Notes: generated by a model not told the origin, from the sequence alone. A DNA stretch of 64,000 nucleotides from an uncultured Clostridia bacterium (GCA_934777435.1 CAKVNK010000002.1:195889-259888); one strand, 5' to 3'; positions 49,097 to 58,227 are shown, numbered from the stretch's first letter. A program made the numbers and translations.

Positions 49097-49595
49097 TTTA
49101 TTTATTCCAGTTTCAATAGCCAGCGTTATGTTTTACGCATTGATAAAAAAGGTGGACGCATATTCAAGTTTTGTTGCTGGGGCAAAAGGTGCGTTGCCAC
49201 TTATGGCAAGTTTGATGCCATATATCATTGCAATGTTTGTTGCGGTGGAATTGTTCCGCCATAGTGGGTTGAGTGCTATTTTGTGCAATTTTTTAGCCCC
49301 AGTTTTTCGCTTTTTGGGTATACCAGTTGAAATTTGTGAATTGACATTGATACGTCCGTTCAGTTCAAACGCTGCCTATGTTTTGTTACGTGATATTTTT
49401 GCAAAATATGGCGTTGATAGTTATATCGGCAAATGTGCAAGTGTTGTTATGGGTAGCAGTGACACAATTTTTTATGTCAGTTCTATATACTTTGCTTCCA
49501 CAAAAGTTAAAAAGACTGGCTTAACAATACCTATTGCCTTGGTGTGCAACTTGGCGTGTGCAATTATTGCTTGTTTTTGTTGCCGGTTTATTTGA
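49089..49595 (+). CDS. spmB: Spore maturation protein B-like
   Basis: Start set at ATG 49089 (MADLFIPVS), overlapping the end of spmA by 8 nt. Polytopic membrane protein. Confidence 0.7.
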   Translation: MADLFIPVSIASVMFYALIKKVDAYSSFVAGAKGALPLMASLMPYIIAMFVAVELFRHSGLSAILCNFLAPVFRFLGIPVEICELTLIRPFSSNAAYVLLRDIFAKYGVDSYIGKCASVVMGSSDTIFYVSSIYFASTKVKKTGLTIPIALVCNLACAIIACFCCRFI

Positions 49596-49810
49596 TATTA
49601 GGTTTGGCGTTCAACACATAACACATTTATTTAGGGTTTTATGTGTATGAAATGTGTATTAAATATGTGTTTGTTTAATATTTGATTTAATATTTAATGT
49701 GTTTTATCTATATATCTATACTAAATACTATATATTGTATAAATATTATATCATTATATATAAATATCCCTTGCAATTTGTGTTTGGTTGTGATACAATA
49801 GCCAAGCGTT

Positions 49811-50782
49811 ATGAAACAATATTTAGAAGTTATGTTAGATTCATTAATCGACACGGCAAAAATTTTGCCGCTTCTTTTTGTTGTTTACTATTTGATTGAA
49901 TTATTTGAATATAAACACTCTACAAAGTTCAGCGAAAACAAATTTTTAAAAGGCAAACTTAGCCCATTGTTTGGTTCATTGATGGGTAGTGTGCCACAAT
50001 GCGGTTTTTCAATAGTATCCACTGATTTGTTCACAAAAGGTTCAATTTCAGTTGGTGCATTGATTGCTGTTTATATTGCAACCAGTGATGAAGCAATCCC
50101 TCTTATTTTAGCAAATCCAAACAAAATTTTGTGGTTGTTGCTGTTGATGGGTATTAAAATTGTGTATGCAACCGCTGTTGGTTACATTGCAATCGGGCTT
50201 TATAATTTGATATTTAAAAAGAATAGACCAGTGCATGTTGAAGCCGTGCCAGAACAACTGATTGATGAGCATGATTCACATGAAGTGCATAATGAAGGCG
50301 TTAATATGGAAACAGCGCACGTAGAAGTAGAGCAACAAGAAAAACACGGTCATCACACAGGGCATGGCTGTTGTCACCATGATGTTGAAACAAAAACATT
50401 TGATTGGTTGCACCCATTGTTGCATTGCTTGAAAATTGGTGCATTTATATTAGTTATCAACATTTTGTTTGGCTTTATCACCGATATATGGGTTGGGCAT
50501 GATAGATTACAAGCATTTTTGCAAGCAAACAAATATTGGCAACCTATTTTGGCAGTGCTTATCGGTTTGATACCAAACTGTGCTTCAAGCGTTGTGTTAA
50601 CTCAATTATTCCTTGAAGGAGGCTTGGCATTTGGTGCACTTGTTGCAGGGCTTTGCGTAAATGCTGGTTTAGGTTTGGTTATATTGCTTAAACAAAACAA
50701 AAGTTGGAAGGAAAATTTGTTTATTATAAGCGTTATGGTTGTTGCAGGTATTGCAATCGGATATGGTTTAATATTTATTTAA
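49811..50782 (+). CDS. Putative 10-TM metal exporter (ArsP_2-like) with His-rich loop
   Basis: The motif GLIPNCASSVVLTQLF is recalled from the ArsP_2 family. The central loop is His/Cys-rich (HDSHEVHNEG..EKHGHHTGHGCCHHD). Confidence 0.55.
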   Translation: MKQYLEVMLDSLIDTAKILPLLFVVYYLIELFEYKHSTKFSENKFLKGKLSPLFGSLMGSVPQCGFSIVSTDLFTKGSISVGALIAVYIATSDEAIPLILANPNKILWLLLLMGIKIVYATAVGYIAIGLYNLIFKKNRPVHVEAVPEQLIDEHDSHEVHNEGVNMETAHVEVEQQEKHGHHTGHGCCHHDVETKTFDWLHPLLHCLKIGAFILVINILFGFITDIWVGHDRLQAFLQANKYWQPILAVLIGLIPNCASSVVLTQLFLEGGLAFGALVAGLCVNAGLGLVILLKQNKSWKENLFIISVMVVAGIAIGYGLIFI

Positions 50783-50888
50783 TCGTTTAGGATAATTAAA
50801 CAATTCATTTAAATATTCTAGTTATTTATTTAGATATGCTAATTATTTATAGGTTAATAACTAACAATCTAATTAAGATATATAAAAA

Positions 50889-50912
50889 AGCGGATATTGT
50901 GTCCGCTTTTTT
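50889..50912 (+). terminator. Rho-independent terminator
   Basis: Stem gcgga/tccgc followed by a T-run. Confidence 0.7.
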
Positions 50913-51016
50913 GTTTGCTGTTGTTTGTGTTGGTTGATTTTGGTTTGAGTTTGTAAGATGTGTGTTTTTTGCATATTTATTGCTTCACAGCAGATACTAA
51001 TGCAAAGGGGGAAAAT

Positions 51017-51457
51017 ATGGAAAAATCAGATTTGCAACTTTTAAACCGCATATTTCAAGACGCACAAGTGGGTATGCTTTCAATAGATAAAGTGCTTAAA
51101 AAATTGGAGAACGAAAAATTTAAAGTACTGTTCAAAAAACAGTTTGATTATTACCAAAAGTTTGGCGAAAAGTGTAACGCACTTGCGGTGGCGGACGACC
51201 AAGAAATCAAAGAAAACGGATTTTTTAAAAAGTTAAAGCAAACAACCATGATTTATTTTTCTTTGTGGGCAGATAAAACCCCACGTCATATTGTTGAAAT
51301 GATGATAACTGGCACAGTTATGGGTATTGTTGACACCATAAAGGCTGAAAAAGATTTTAAAACAAAAAATGAAGAAATAAAAAATTTGGTTGTTGAATTT
51401 AAGCAAATGCAAGAAGAATTTTACGAAAAATTGAAAAAACAACTTGCTAAAGTTTAA
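51017..51457 (+). CDS. Hypothetical helical protein
   Basis: Start set at ATG 51017 (GGGGGA RBS). 146 aa. No family recognised. Confidence 0.5.
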   Translation: MEKSDLQLLNRIFQDAQVGMLSIDKVLKKLENEKFKVLFKKQFDYYQKFGEKCNALAVADDQEIKENGFFKKLKQTTMIYFSLWADKTPRHIVEMMITGTVMGIVDTIKAEKDFKTKNEEIKNLVVEFKQMQEEFYEKLKKQLAKV

Positions 51458-51479
51458 AAAAATCTTGATGGGGGAATAT

Positions 51480-51671
51480 ATGGAAGAACAGGTTAACGCA
51501 TATATTGAATATTTGCAAAGATTTGGAGTGGTTCAAAAGCCAGATATGCCAAAGTTTGATGCGTCAGCATATACTGAAAATGAATACGTAAGGGCAATTA
51601 ACAGCATAGAGCATGACTTTGAATTTGCCGATAGCGTTAGTTTAACCGAACAGTATTTAAAAGGAGAATAA
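51480..51671 (+). CDS. Putative antitoxin partner of MazF (no recognisable RHH/AbrB fold)
   Basis: GGGGGA RBS upstream of ATG 51480. 63 aa, acidic. The stop overlaps the mazF start (TAATG). Confidence 0.5.
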   Translation: MEEQVNAYIEYLQRFGVVQKPDMPKFDASAYTENEYVRAINSIEHDFEFADSVSLTEQYLKGE

Positions 51672-52018
51672 TGGAAATCAACCGTGGCGATATCTTTTAT
51701 GCTGATTTAAGCCCAGTGGTGGGTAGCGAACAGGGTGGAGTTCGTCCGGTTTTGGTTGTCCAAAATGATGTGGGCAATAAGTTCAGCCCAACAGTGATTA
51801 TTGCAGCAATCACAAGCCAGTTAAGCAAAGCAAAATTGCCAACGCATATTGAACTTAACCACGCAAAATATAATCTGCCAAAAGATAGTGTTGTGTTGTT
51901 GGAACAAATACGCACACTTGATAAACGCCGCTTGCAACAAAAAGTCAGCAGTATAGACGCTTCCACCATGCAACGTATAGATGTTGCCATTTTGATATCG
52001 TTAGGTATAACCGCATAA
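51671..52018 (+). CDS. mazF: MazF/PemK-family endoribonuclease toxin (EndoA-like)
   Basis: [45 protein letters not shown] is very close to B. subtilis EndoA/NdoA. Confidence 0.9.
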   Translation: MEINRGDIFYADLSPVVGSEQGGVRPVLVVQNDVGNKFSPTVIIAAITSQLSKAKLPTHIELNHAKYNLPKDSVVLLEQIRTLDKRRLQQKVSSIDASTMQRIDVAILISLGITA

Positions 52019-52033
52019 ATCAAAGCGGTTTTT

Positions 52034-52510
52034 TTATATCTCTTTTTTAAAAAATATTAAATTATTTTTTTCTTCTATCTGTTTAAAACCTAATTTTTTG
52101 TAAAAGCCTATAGCAACATCATTTTGTTTTATACATTTTAAATTTATAGTGCAGTTTTTAAGTTTGTTTGTTGCCCAGCCTTCAACTGATTCGATTAATA
52201 ATTTTCCGATAGATTTACCCCTAAAAGCATTTTCAATATATAAGTTCATAATCACAATGTTGCCATAATTAGATTGAGATTGGTTGCTGATATAAGCCAT
52301 AATATATCCGATTGGTGTGTTTAAATTTTTTGCAATAAAAATAACACAATCTTCTTTATTTAAAGTGTTTTCATAAAAATGTTCAATCTTTTTATCGGCC
52401 TTGATCGTTGGTGAAAGGGTAGCCTCAAATTTAATTAATCTTTCAAGCATTTTGTTGCAATCTATACACTCTGAAATGGTGTCAACTTTTTTTATTTCAA
52501 TATCTTTCAT
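52034..52510 (-). CDS. GNAT-family N-acetyltransferase
   Basis: Start set at ATG 52510. Acetyl-CoA motif-A region is FRGKSIGKLLIESVEGWA, with a GFYKKLGF tail. Confidence 0.75.
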   Translation of the reverse strand: MKDIEIKKVDTISECIDCNKMLERLIKFEATLSPTIKADKKIEHFYENTLNKEDCVIFIAKNLNTPIGYIMAYISNQSQSNYGNIVIMNLYIENAFRGKSIGKLLIESVEGWATNKLKNCTINLKCIKQNDVAIGFYKKLGFKQIEEKNNLIFFKKEI

Positions 52511-52590
52511 AATAAAATGATAGCAGATTTGAAAATTTAAAGTCAAATATCATTCAACTAAATTGCAATTATATATAAAAAGGGCGGTGA

Positions 52591-53010
52591 TTAAATCACA
52601 CGCCCCATAAGTTCGTCCATTGATATGTTTAAATAGTCCGCTATTTTTATTAGGTTTGAAACACTTGGCTTTACACCTTGGTTAAACCATCTAACCTTAT
52701 AACTGTTGCTTAATTTGCAATCTTTAAATAATTTATATTTTGTTATATCTTTTTCTTTTAATATCTCTTTTAAATGTTCACTAAAAGACATTAATTTTTT
52801 AGTGTGACACTCTGTATCATCATCTGTGCGAGATAAAATATAATCAACACTATAACCAAAATAATCGGCAAATTTTATCAAATTGTCAAAACTGGGCATA
52901 GAGTTGCCATTTCGCCAGTCGTAAATAATTGTTTTATCAATTTGTAACTGGTTGGCAATTTCATAACACCTATTGTCGTCAGCATCTAAAAGCTCTTTTA
53001 TTCTATTCAT
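52591..53010 (-). CDS. Tandem XRE-family helix-turn-helix protein
   Basis: Two HTH_3-like modules (CYEIANQLQIDKTIIYDWRNG..PSFDNLIKFADYF and KYKLFKDCKLSNSYKVRWFNQ..PSVSNLIKIADYL). Confidence 0.75.
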   Translation of the reverse strand: MNRIKELLDADDNRCYEIANQLQIDKTIIYDWRNGNSMPSFDNLIKFADYFGYSVDYILSRTDDDTECHTKKLMSFSEHLKEILKEKDITKYKLFKDCKLSNSYKVRWFNQGVKPSVSNLIKIADYLNISMDELMGRVI

Positions 53011-53108
53011 ATCAATAATATGGTCTGTTTTTCCAAAAAAAATTTATTTTTTGGTTAAACGCACTCTATTTTTGTTGACAATGATTTTTGATATGTTTAT
53101 ATTTATTA

Positions 53109-53250
53109 TTGTACAAAAATGTTTTTGTACATATTTAATTGCTGGTTTTTTTTAGTTTAGCAAAATATAGTGTAAAGGGGGAATTATAAGTATTATTTTA
53201 TTGTACAAAATTGATTTTTGGCTTTCGCTTGTTGATTTTGTTTTGTACAA
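53109..53250. promoter_or_regulatory. Cluster of four TTGTACA(A/T) palindromic boxes in a divergent promoter region
   Basis: Boxes at 53109-53116, 53125-53132 (TTGTACAT), 53211-53218 and 53243-53250. Confidence 0.4.
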
Positions 53251-53275
53251 AAATACTTTACTTTAAAAATCGGTT

Positions 53276-54355
53276 ATGATACAATTTAGATATATGACAA
53301 GGGACGAATTAAACGATTTAAGCATTTTTGCTTTGCGTGAATTTGCACGTAGAACTGGTGTTTATGCACCTACAAGCAAAAAGAAAGAAGAATTAATTAA
53401 TGACATTATTGAAATAAGTGAAGGGCGTAAACAACCACATATCGCTAAAACAAAACAAGGTAGACCCCCAAAAAATTATGGCTATCCTTTTGCAGATACT
53501 TTTATAGGTATGCCACAACAAGTTTTTCCAACAACTTTAAAACAAGACAGTCATTTTGTGTATGCTGAAAATTTAAAATCTGTTGCCGGATATGTTGAAA
53601 TCGCAAACGGAACAGAAGTGGTTTGGGCATTTATCAATCTTAAAATGGTGTGCTTTAACTTTGCCAAAAATGTGGCTGAAAATTATGGTTTAAGAACTGG
53701 TGACTTTGTGCAAGTTTCACTTGGGGGTGAAAACAACAATCAAGTTATAGAAATTTTGGCAATAAACAATTTGCCTGTTCAAAGTTTTAATCCAATGCGT
53801 ATGATGTTCAACCAAATTGAACACCAACCTAATTTTGAACCTATTGCATTTAATCAAGGTTTTGAAAATGTTAATGTTTGCAAAGGTGAAAGTGTTTATC
53901 TTTATGGTGCAAACAATATGCAAAACTCTTTGGCTGTGGCTTCACTTTTAACTGCTTGCCAAGCAGATGTTAAAATTTATCTTAACATTTCTATTGTGGA
54001 TAAAAACCGTTTTGTTCTTAACAGTTTGGCAGATTGTGAAGAATTTGTTATCAACTTTGCTGAAACCATTGATGATGCAAGGCGTGCCGTTGTGTTGGCT
54101 ATTGAAAGGGCAAAACGTGCATTAGAAAATGGGCAAAATTGTGTTTTGGCGATTGATGATGTGCAATCAGTACATAGTATTGATGACGAAAACAAAACAC
54201 TTACAAAAAGTTTGATGTCATTATCTAAAGCGGGGCAAAATGGCAGTGTAACATTGTTGGCACTTATGCCACAAAACCGCAGTTTAGATTTTCTTGAAAA
54301 ACTTGCTGACAGGCGTTATAAAATTTTTGACCGCAATTTAGTTGCTGTTGAATAA
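53276..54355 (+). CDS. Rho-like protein with degenerate (Walker A-less) ATPase domain
   Basis: Rho_N-like start (LNDLSIFALREFARRTGV..KKKEELINDII). OB-domain motif NYGLRTGDFV (Rho has FNLRTGDTI). The region aligning to the Rho P-loop GQRGLIVAPPKAGKT reads GESVYLYGANNMQNS. AIERAKRALENGQNCVLAIDDV aligns to VIEKAKRLVEHKKDVIILLDSI. Confidence 0.65.
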   Translation: MIQFRYMTRDELNDLSIFALREFARRTGVYAPTSKKKEELINDIIEISEGRKQPHIAKTKQGRPPKNYGYPFADTFIGMPQQVFPTTLKQDSHFVYAENLKSVAGYVEIANGTEVVWAFINLKMVCFNFAKNVAENYGLRTGDFVQVSLGGENNNQVIEILAINNLPVQSFNPMRMMFNQIEHQPNFEPIAFNQGFENVNVCKGESVYLYGANNMQNSLAVASLLTACQADVKIYLNISIVDKNRFVLNSLADCEEFVINFAETIDDARRAVVLAIERAKRALENGQNCVLAIDDVQSVHSIDDENKTLTKSLMSLSKAGQNGSVTLLALMPQNRSLDFLEKLADRRYKIFDRNLVAVE

Positions 54356-54527
54356 ATTGCTTTGATAAATTTATTTTTAAAATGTTTATAAAACACAAAT
54401 GTGAAATTCCATAAACTGATTTTGCACTTGTGTTTTTTTGTATGGAAAGGTTTAACTAGATTTGTTGCTGTTTGACAAAATAATTATTGTGTGATATTAT
54501 AACACGAGAATAAATAAAAAGGCGATT

Positions 54528-54962
54528 ATGAAAGCAGTTATTCAAATAGTTAAAAAATGCGTTTTATTTAGTGAAGGTGTTAAACACAGTGAAATTGGTC
54601 ACGGTGCACTTGTTTTGTTTGGTGTTAACAAAACCGATACTATTGAAATGGTGGATAAATTTGCTGAAAAATTGCTTAAATTGAGAATTTTTGATGATGC
54701 CGATGGCAAAACTAACTTGAATATTTTTGACACTCATGGAGAGTTTTTGGTTGTGAGCAACTTCACATTGTATGGTGATGTTAAAGGCTACAATCGTCCT
54801 TGCTTTATGATGTCTGCCAGCCACGAACAGGCTGAACCTATTTACAATGCTTTATGCAAAAAATTAAGTGAAAAATTGCCAATTCAAACAGGTGTTTTCC
54901 GCACTAATATGCAAATTGAAATGATTGCAGATGGACCAAGCACATATATTTTGGAATTGTAG
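54528..54962 (+). CDS. dtd: D-aminoacyl-tRNA deacylase
   Basis: 144 aa. MKAVIQ start, SNFTLYGD and the C-terminal ADGPSTYILE motif are typical of Dtd. Confidence 0.9.
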   Translation: MKAVIQIVKKCVLFSEGVKHSEIGHGALVLFGVNKTDTIEMVDKFAEKLLKLRIFDDADGKTNLNIFDTHGEFLVVSNFTLYGDVKGYNRPCFMMSASHEQAEPIYNALCKKLSEKLPIQTGVFRTNMQIEMIADGPSTYILEL

Positions 54963-55449
54963 CGAGGCAATCTGACAATCTGATATTTTTGAATTTGTTA
55001 CTATTATTTTTAAATTTTACACAACAAACTTTTTGCTGTTTAAAGCGGTTTGTTGTTTGGTGTAATTTTGGATTGTGTTAAAACAAGTTTATATAGATTT
55101 TTTAAATTTATATTTTTTAATCTAATTTATTTTATAAATTTTTAATATTTTAACATATAGTTTTTGTTGCTTCAAAAATGTTGGATTATAAGCATTTTTT
55201 TGCGTAGCCTTTTTGGCATATGGTTTATAAATAAATCAAATATAAAGGTGGTAAACACCTAAAAAGAGAAAGGGAATTATGACGTAGCGTATCTACTAAA
55301 ATACAAAACAGAAAACAAAAATAAGTATAATCAAAATTTAATATTGCCATAAATTAAACAGTTGATGTTTAAATATGTTTTGTGCAATTTTGTTGTTTTG
55401 ATTTTGCTTTTTAACAAACATTAAATAATTAAAATTTTAGGAGAACATT

Positions 55450-56022
55450 ATGGTATATAAACAAATAACACGCCTTTCAGAGGCAAAAGAAATGGAAGAA
55501 CTTTATAATCAAAGTTTTATTAAAGATGAAAGAATTGAATTTAATCAACTTTTAACCGCACCTTTTGACGGATTTATCATTGTTGGGCAATATGATGAAG
55601 GCAAATTGGTTGGTATGATGCACTACATTTGCAAACCTGAATTTGTGCAACTTAACTATTTTGCAATCACACCCAATACTCGTGGGCATGGGTATGGCTC
55701 TAAATGCCTAAACTGGCTTAAACAACAATATCCAAACAAAAGCATTGTTGTGGAAGTGGAAGATTTAGATGATGAATGTGATAACAACGAATATCGCAAA
55801 AAACGTCAGGCGTTTTACAATAAAAACGGGCTTGAAAAAGGTTTGTTTAATTTTTGGTGGGAAGGCGTATATATGACCTGTATGCACTATTTACCAATAG
55901 ACAGACAGGCTTATTTAAGGCACATTAGTAAGATTTATCCAACAGCTTACAAGATTGTTGAACTTGAAGATAAGCAACAATATGGAAAAAATGCTGAATT
56001 AACAGCAGAAAAAGCATTTTAA
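55450..56022 (+). CDS. GNAT-family N-acetyltransferase
   Basis: AGGAGA RBS. Motif-A region is TRGHGYGSKCLNWLKQ. Confidence 0.7.
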   Translation: MVYKQITRLSEAKEMEELYNQSFIKDERIEFNQLLTAPFDGFIIVGQYDEGKLVGMMHYICKPEFVQLNYFAITPNTRGHGYGSKCLNWLKQQYPNKSIVVEVEDLDDECDNNEYRKKRQAFYNKNGLEKGLFNFWWEGVYMTCMHYLPIDRQAYLRHISKIYPTAYKIVELEDKQQYGKNAELTAEKAF

Positions 56023-56110
56023 AAGAGAATTATAGTTATACTGCAAACGCCGGTAAAATAGAGTGCCTATTGATAGATGGCCATTTTGTGATATAATTAT
56101 CACAGAGGAA

Positions 56111-56132
56111 ATTATACTCAAATTATACTCAC
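56111..56132 (+). repeat. 22-bp direct repeat, copy 1 (itself 2 x ATTATACTC)
   Basis: attatactcaaattatactcac is identical to 56282-56303. The two copies bracket the tRNA fragment. Confidence 0.85.
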
Positions 56133-56208
56133 AAATAAAAATGACTTGATACACCACCGCTAAATGTTGCTATCAAGTCAATACAAAAACACTATATAAT
56201 GTGTTTTT

Positions 56209-56234
56209 TGGTGCCGGTGGTCGGGGTCGAACCT
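56209..56234 (-). other. Orphan tRNA 3'-end fragment (att-like remnant)
   Basis: The minus strand reads AGGTTCGACCCCGACCACCGGCACCA: T-loop, 3' T-stem, 3' acceptor strand and CCA. No matching 5' acceptor strand (GCCGGTG), D arm or anticodon arm lies upstream. Confidence 0.6.
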
Positions 56235-56281
56235 AAATTTGACCCTTGATAAACCACTGTAAAATAGATAACTAGCAAATT

Positions 56282-56303
56282 ATTATACTCAAATTATACT
56301 CAC
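56282..56303 (+). repeat. 22-bp direct repeat, copy 2
   Basis: Identical to 56111-56132. Confidence 0.85.
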
Positions 56304-56305
56304 TT

Positions 56306-56536
56306 TTAATTGTACCTTGGCATTGCAAAAATAAACTTTTTGGCTTCTATAAATTCGCAAATTTGCAAAAGAACATCACGGGCTTCTTCTATGGATTTAT
56401 AAAGCCCTAATGTTTCTTCTAAATAACCATTGTTTCCTGTTGATATCTCAAATTTGTGAGATAAGGTTTCTGTAATATAAAAAGATTTATCTTTTATGTT
56501 TAAAATTGATTTTCGATTTTGCGTGATAATATACAT
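56306..56536 (-). CDS. Hypothetical small protein (phage-like module)
   Basis: Start set at ATG 56536 (AAGGAA RBS). 76 aa. Confidence 0.45.
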   Translation of the reverse strand: MYIITQNRKSILNIKDKSFYITETLSHKFEISTGNNGYLEETLGLYKSIEEARDVLLQICEFIEAKKFIFAMPRYN

Positions 56537-56592
56537 AATTTCCTTAAAAAAATTTTTCAAAAAATTTTGAAAAAATTGGCTATTTGTGGCGG

Positions 56593-56806
56593 ACGCTCGC
56601 AAAGCGAGCGTTATTAATCGGTCTTTATTTAAGTTTTCTTTTGTAGTACACCCAAAAGCAAAAAATATCTTCGAAAGCGAAGGTGGCGCACAGCGCTCAT
56701 CCTTTCGTCCTTTCTTCGATATATACTTTTGCTTTTTTCTTATACAGGTATAAGAGATAATAACAACGTAACCAATATAGTTAGCAGTTAATTAACTACT
56801 AAACTG
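56593..56806. other. Hairpin-rich non-coding region (candidate ssDNA origin or packaging signal)
   Basis: Contains acgctcgc-aaa-gcgagcgt (56593-56611), cttcg-aaag-cgaag (56669-56682), a long-range inverted repeat aaaagcaaaa.../...ttttgctttt (56653-56739), cttatac/gtataag, and the near-palindrome agcagttaattaactact. Confidence 0.4.
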
Positions 56807-56842
56807 TTTATTGACGTTGTTATTAATATGTTAATTAAAATT

Positions 56843-57061
56843 TTAATTAACTTTTCGTTTCGCTGTAGACTTTGCTTTTTCTTTTTTAAGCAAAAATTCA
56901 AGTGCATCTTTTTTAAAGCCAGTAGTGCCACCTACACCGTTTAGATAACGTTTTACAAATTCTTGTTTAGTCAATGGTGTTTTGCGACCAATAGGTGTAA
57001 TACATGCACCTGTACGCTTCTTTTCTGCATATAATGCTTCTGCTAATTCCTTCTTTGTCAT
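56843..57061 (-). CDS. Hypothetical small basic protein
   Basis: AGGAGA RBS. 72 aa, K-rich C-terminus. Confidence 0.5.
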   Translation of the reverse strand: MTKKELAEALYAEKKRTGACITPIGRKTPLTKQEFVKRYLNGVGGTTGFKKDALEFLLKKEKAKSTAKRKVN

Positions 57062-57145
57062 AAATTTTCTCCTTTTTGTATTGACTTTTTTTTATGATTA
57101 GTTATAATATAATCATAGAAGAGATAAAAGCGAATTAAGTTTCGA

Positions 57146-57526
57146 TCATCTCTTCTTTTTTGTTGGCCTTTTTGCAATATTTCTCATTTTCGCTTTATCA
57201 ACAGCATTACAAATTTTCAAATTTGAGTGATGTTTACCAACATTTTTTTTGATATTTACTTCTTCAGGTTCTGTAACAACAAAAGCTGTTCTATTTTCGC
57301 CCTGTGGATTTTCACATAATTGTATATTTTTTCTGCCACGAGTGTATGGAGCGTGTGTAACGATAACTCCTGTGGCAGTCCCATTCTTTTTAATATTTCT
57401 AAGTTGACCTTTATGTCCTTTTGCTCTCATGGTATTTATGGAATAAAATTCGCCTGCGCGTAATTTTCTGGCATTGTTATTTAATAATACCTGTTCTTGT
57501 TTTTCTATAGATTTTTTATTAAACAT
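57146..57526 (-). CDS. Hypothetical basic protein
   Basis: AAGGA RBS. 126 aa. Confidence 0.5.
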   Translation of the reverse strand: MFNKKSIEKQEQVLLNNNARKLRAGEFYSINTMRAKGHKGQLRNIKKNGTATGVIVTHAPYTRGRKNIQLCENPQGENRTAFVVTEPEEVNIKKNVGKHHSNLKICNAVDKAKMRNIAKRPTKKKR

Positions 57527-57537
57527 TCGATATCCTT

Positions 57538-57807
57538 TTATCTTTCGCTAAGCCTTTCAGCTTTAGAGTTTAAGTAAATTAAATTTCTACCATCTTCAAT
57601 AGCTATTGCCTTGTATCCGTTTTTTTCCATAAACTTTTCAGCACCGCGAAGAGTTTTATATTTTTTATATTCCAGATGATTATTTGCAAGATATTCAGTT
57701 TTACCTTTTTTTGTACAAACTTCAATGCCTGTCCTATTTATTGAATCCTGGTCGTTGCTGTGATAAATTTTATTGTTACGAGAGTAGTGAATATATGTTG
57801 TACTCAT
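57538..57807 (-). CDS. Hypothetical protein
   Basis: AAGGAG RBS. 89 aa. Confidence 0.5.
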   Translation of the reverse strand: MSTTYIHYSRNNKIYHSNDQDSINRTGIEVCTKKGKTEYLANNHLEYKKYKTLRGAEKFMEKNGYKAIAIEDGRNLIYLNSKAERLSER

Positions 57808-57816
57808 TATCGCTCC

Positions 57817-58227
57817 TTATCTTTTGCTTGCTCTTTTAGCAGACAACTTTTCTAGTTTTTCATTGTAAAGGTCATTGACGTATTTTTCATCAATAAACCC
57901 GTTTTTGTATTTTCTGTCGCAATGATTAACGCGTGTTTTATTTGGATTAAAATCTTTATAGATATGCTTATAATATTTGTCATAAAGCATATCTCCTTCT
58001 TTTTCTAATTGCTTATTTAATTTAGCATAGAAATTATCATTGATTTTGCGTCTGCCTGATTGTTTATTTTTTTGTCCAGCAGAATCCCACGCATTTATAA
58101 CGCGTTCTTGTTGTTTATCAACTTTTTGCATTTGCCTTAATATTTTTAAGGCTTCATTTTTTCTAGCAATAATTTGCTCGCTTTTTGAAAGCTTTGGAGC
58201 TTTCTTTTGTACTGTTTTAGTTCTCAT
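57817..58227 (-). CDS. Hypothetical basic protein
   Basis: AAGGAAGG RBS. 136 aa. Overlaps the upstream gene end. Confidence 0.5.
   Translation of the reverse strand: MRTKTVQKKAPKLSKSEQIIARKNEALKILRQMQKVDKQQERVINAWDSAGQKNKQSGRRKINDNFYAKLNKQLEKEGDMLYDKYYKHIYKDFNPNKTRVNHCDRKYKNGFIDEKYVNDLYNEKLEKLSAKRASKR

Noticed and set aside
56209-56290. Complete tRNA gene on the minus strand
   Set aside because: Only the last ~26 nt (T-loop, 3' T-stem, 3' acceptor strand, CCA) look like tRNA. The 5' acceptor strand GCCGGTG and the D and anticodon arms are absent upstream. It is recorded as an att-like fragment instead.
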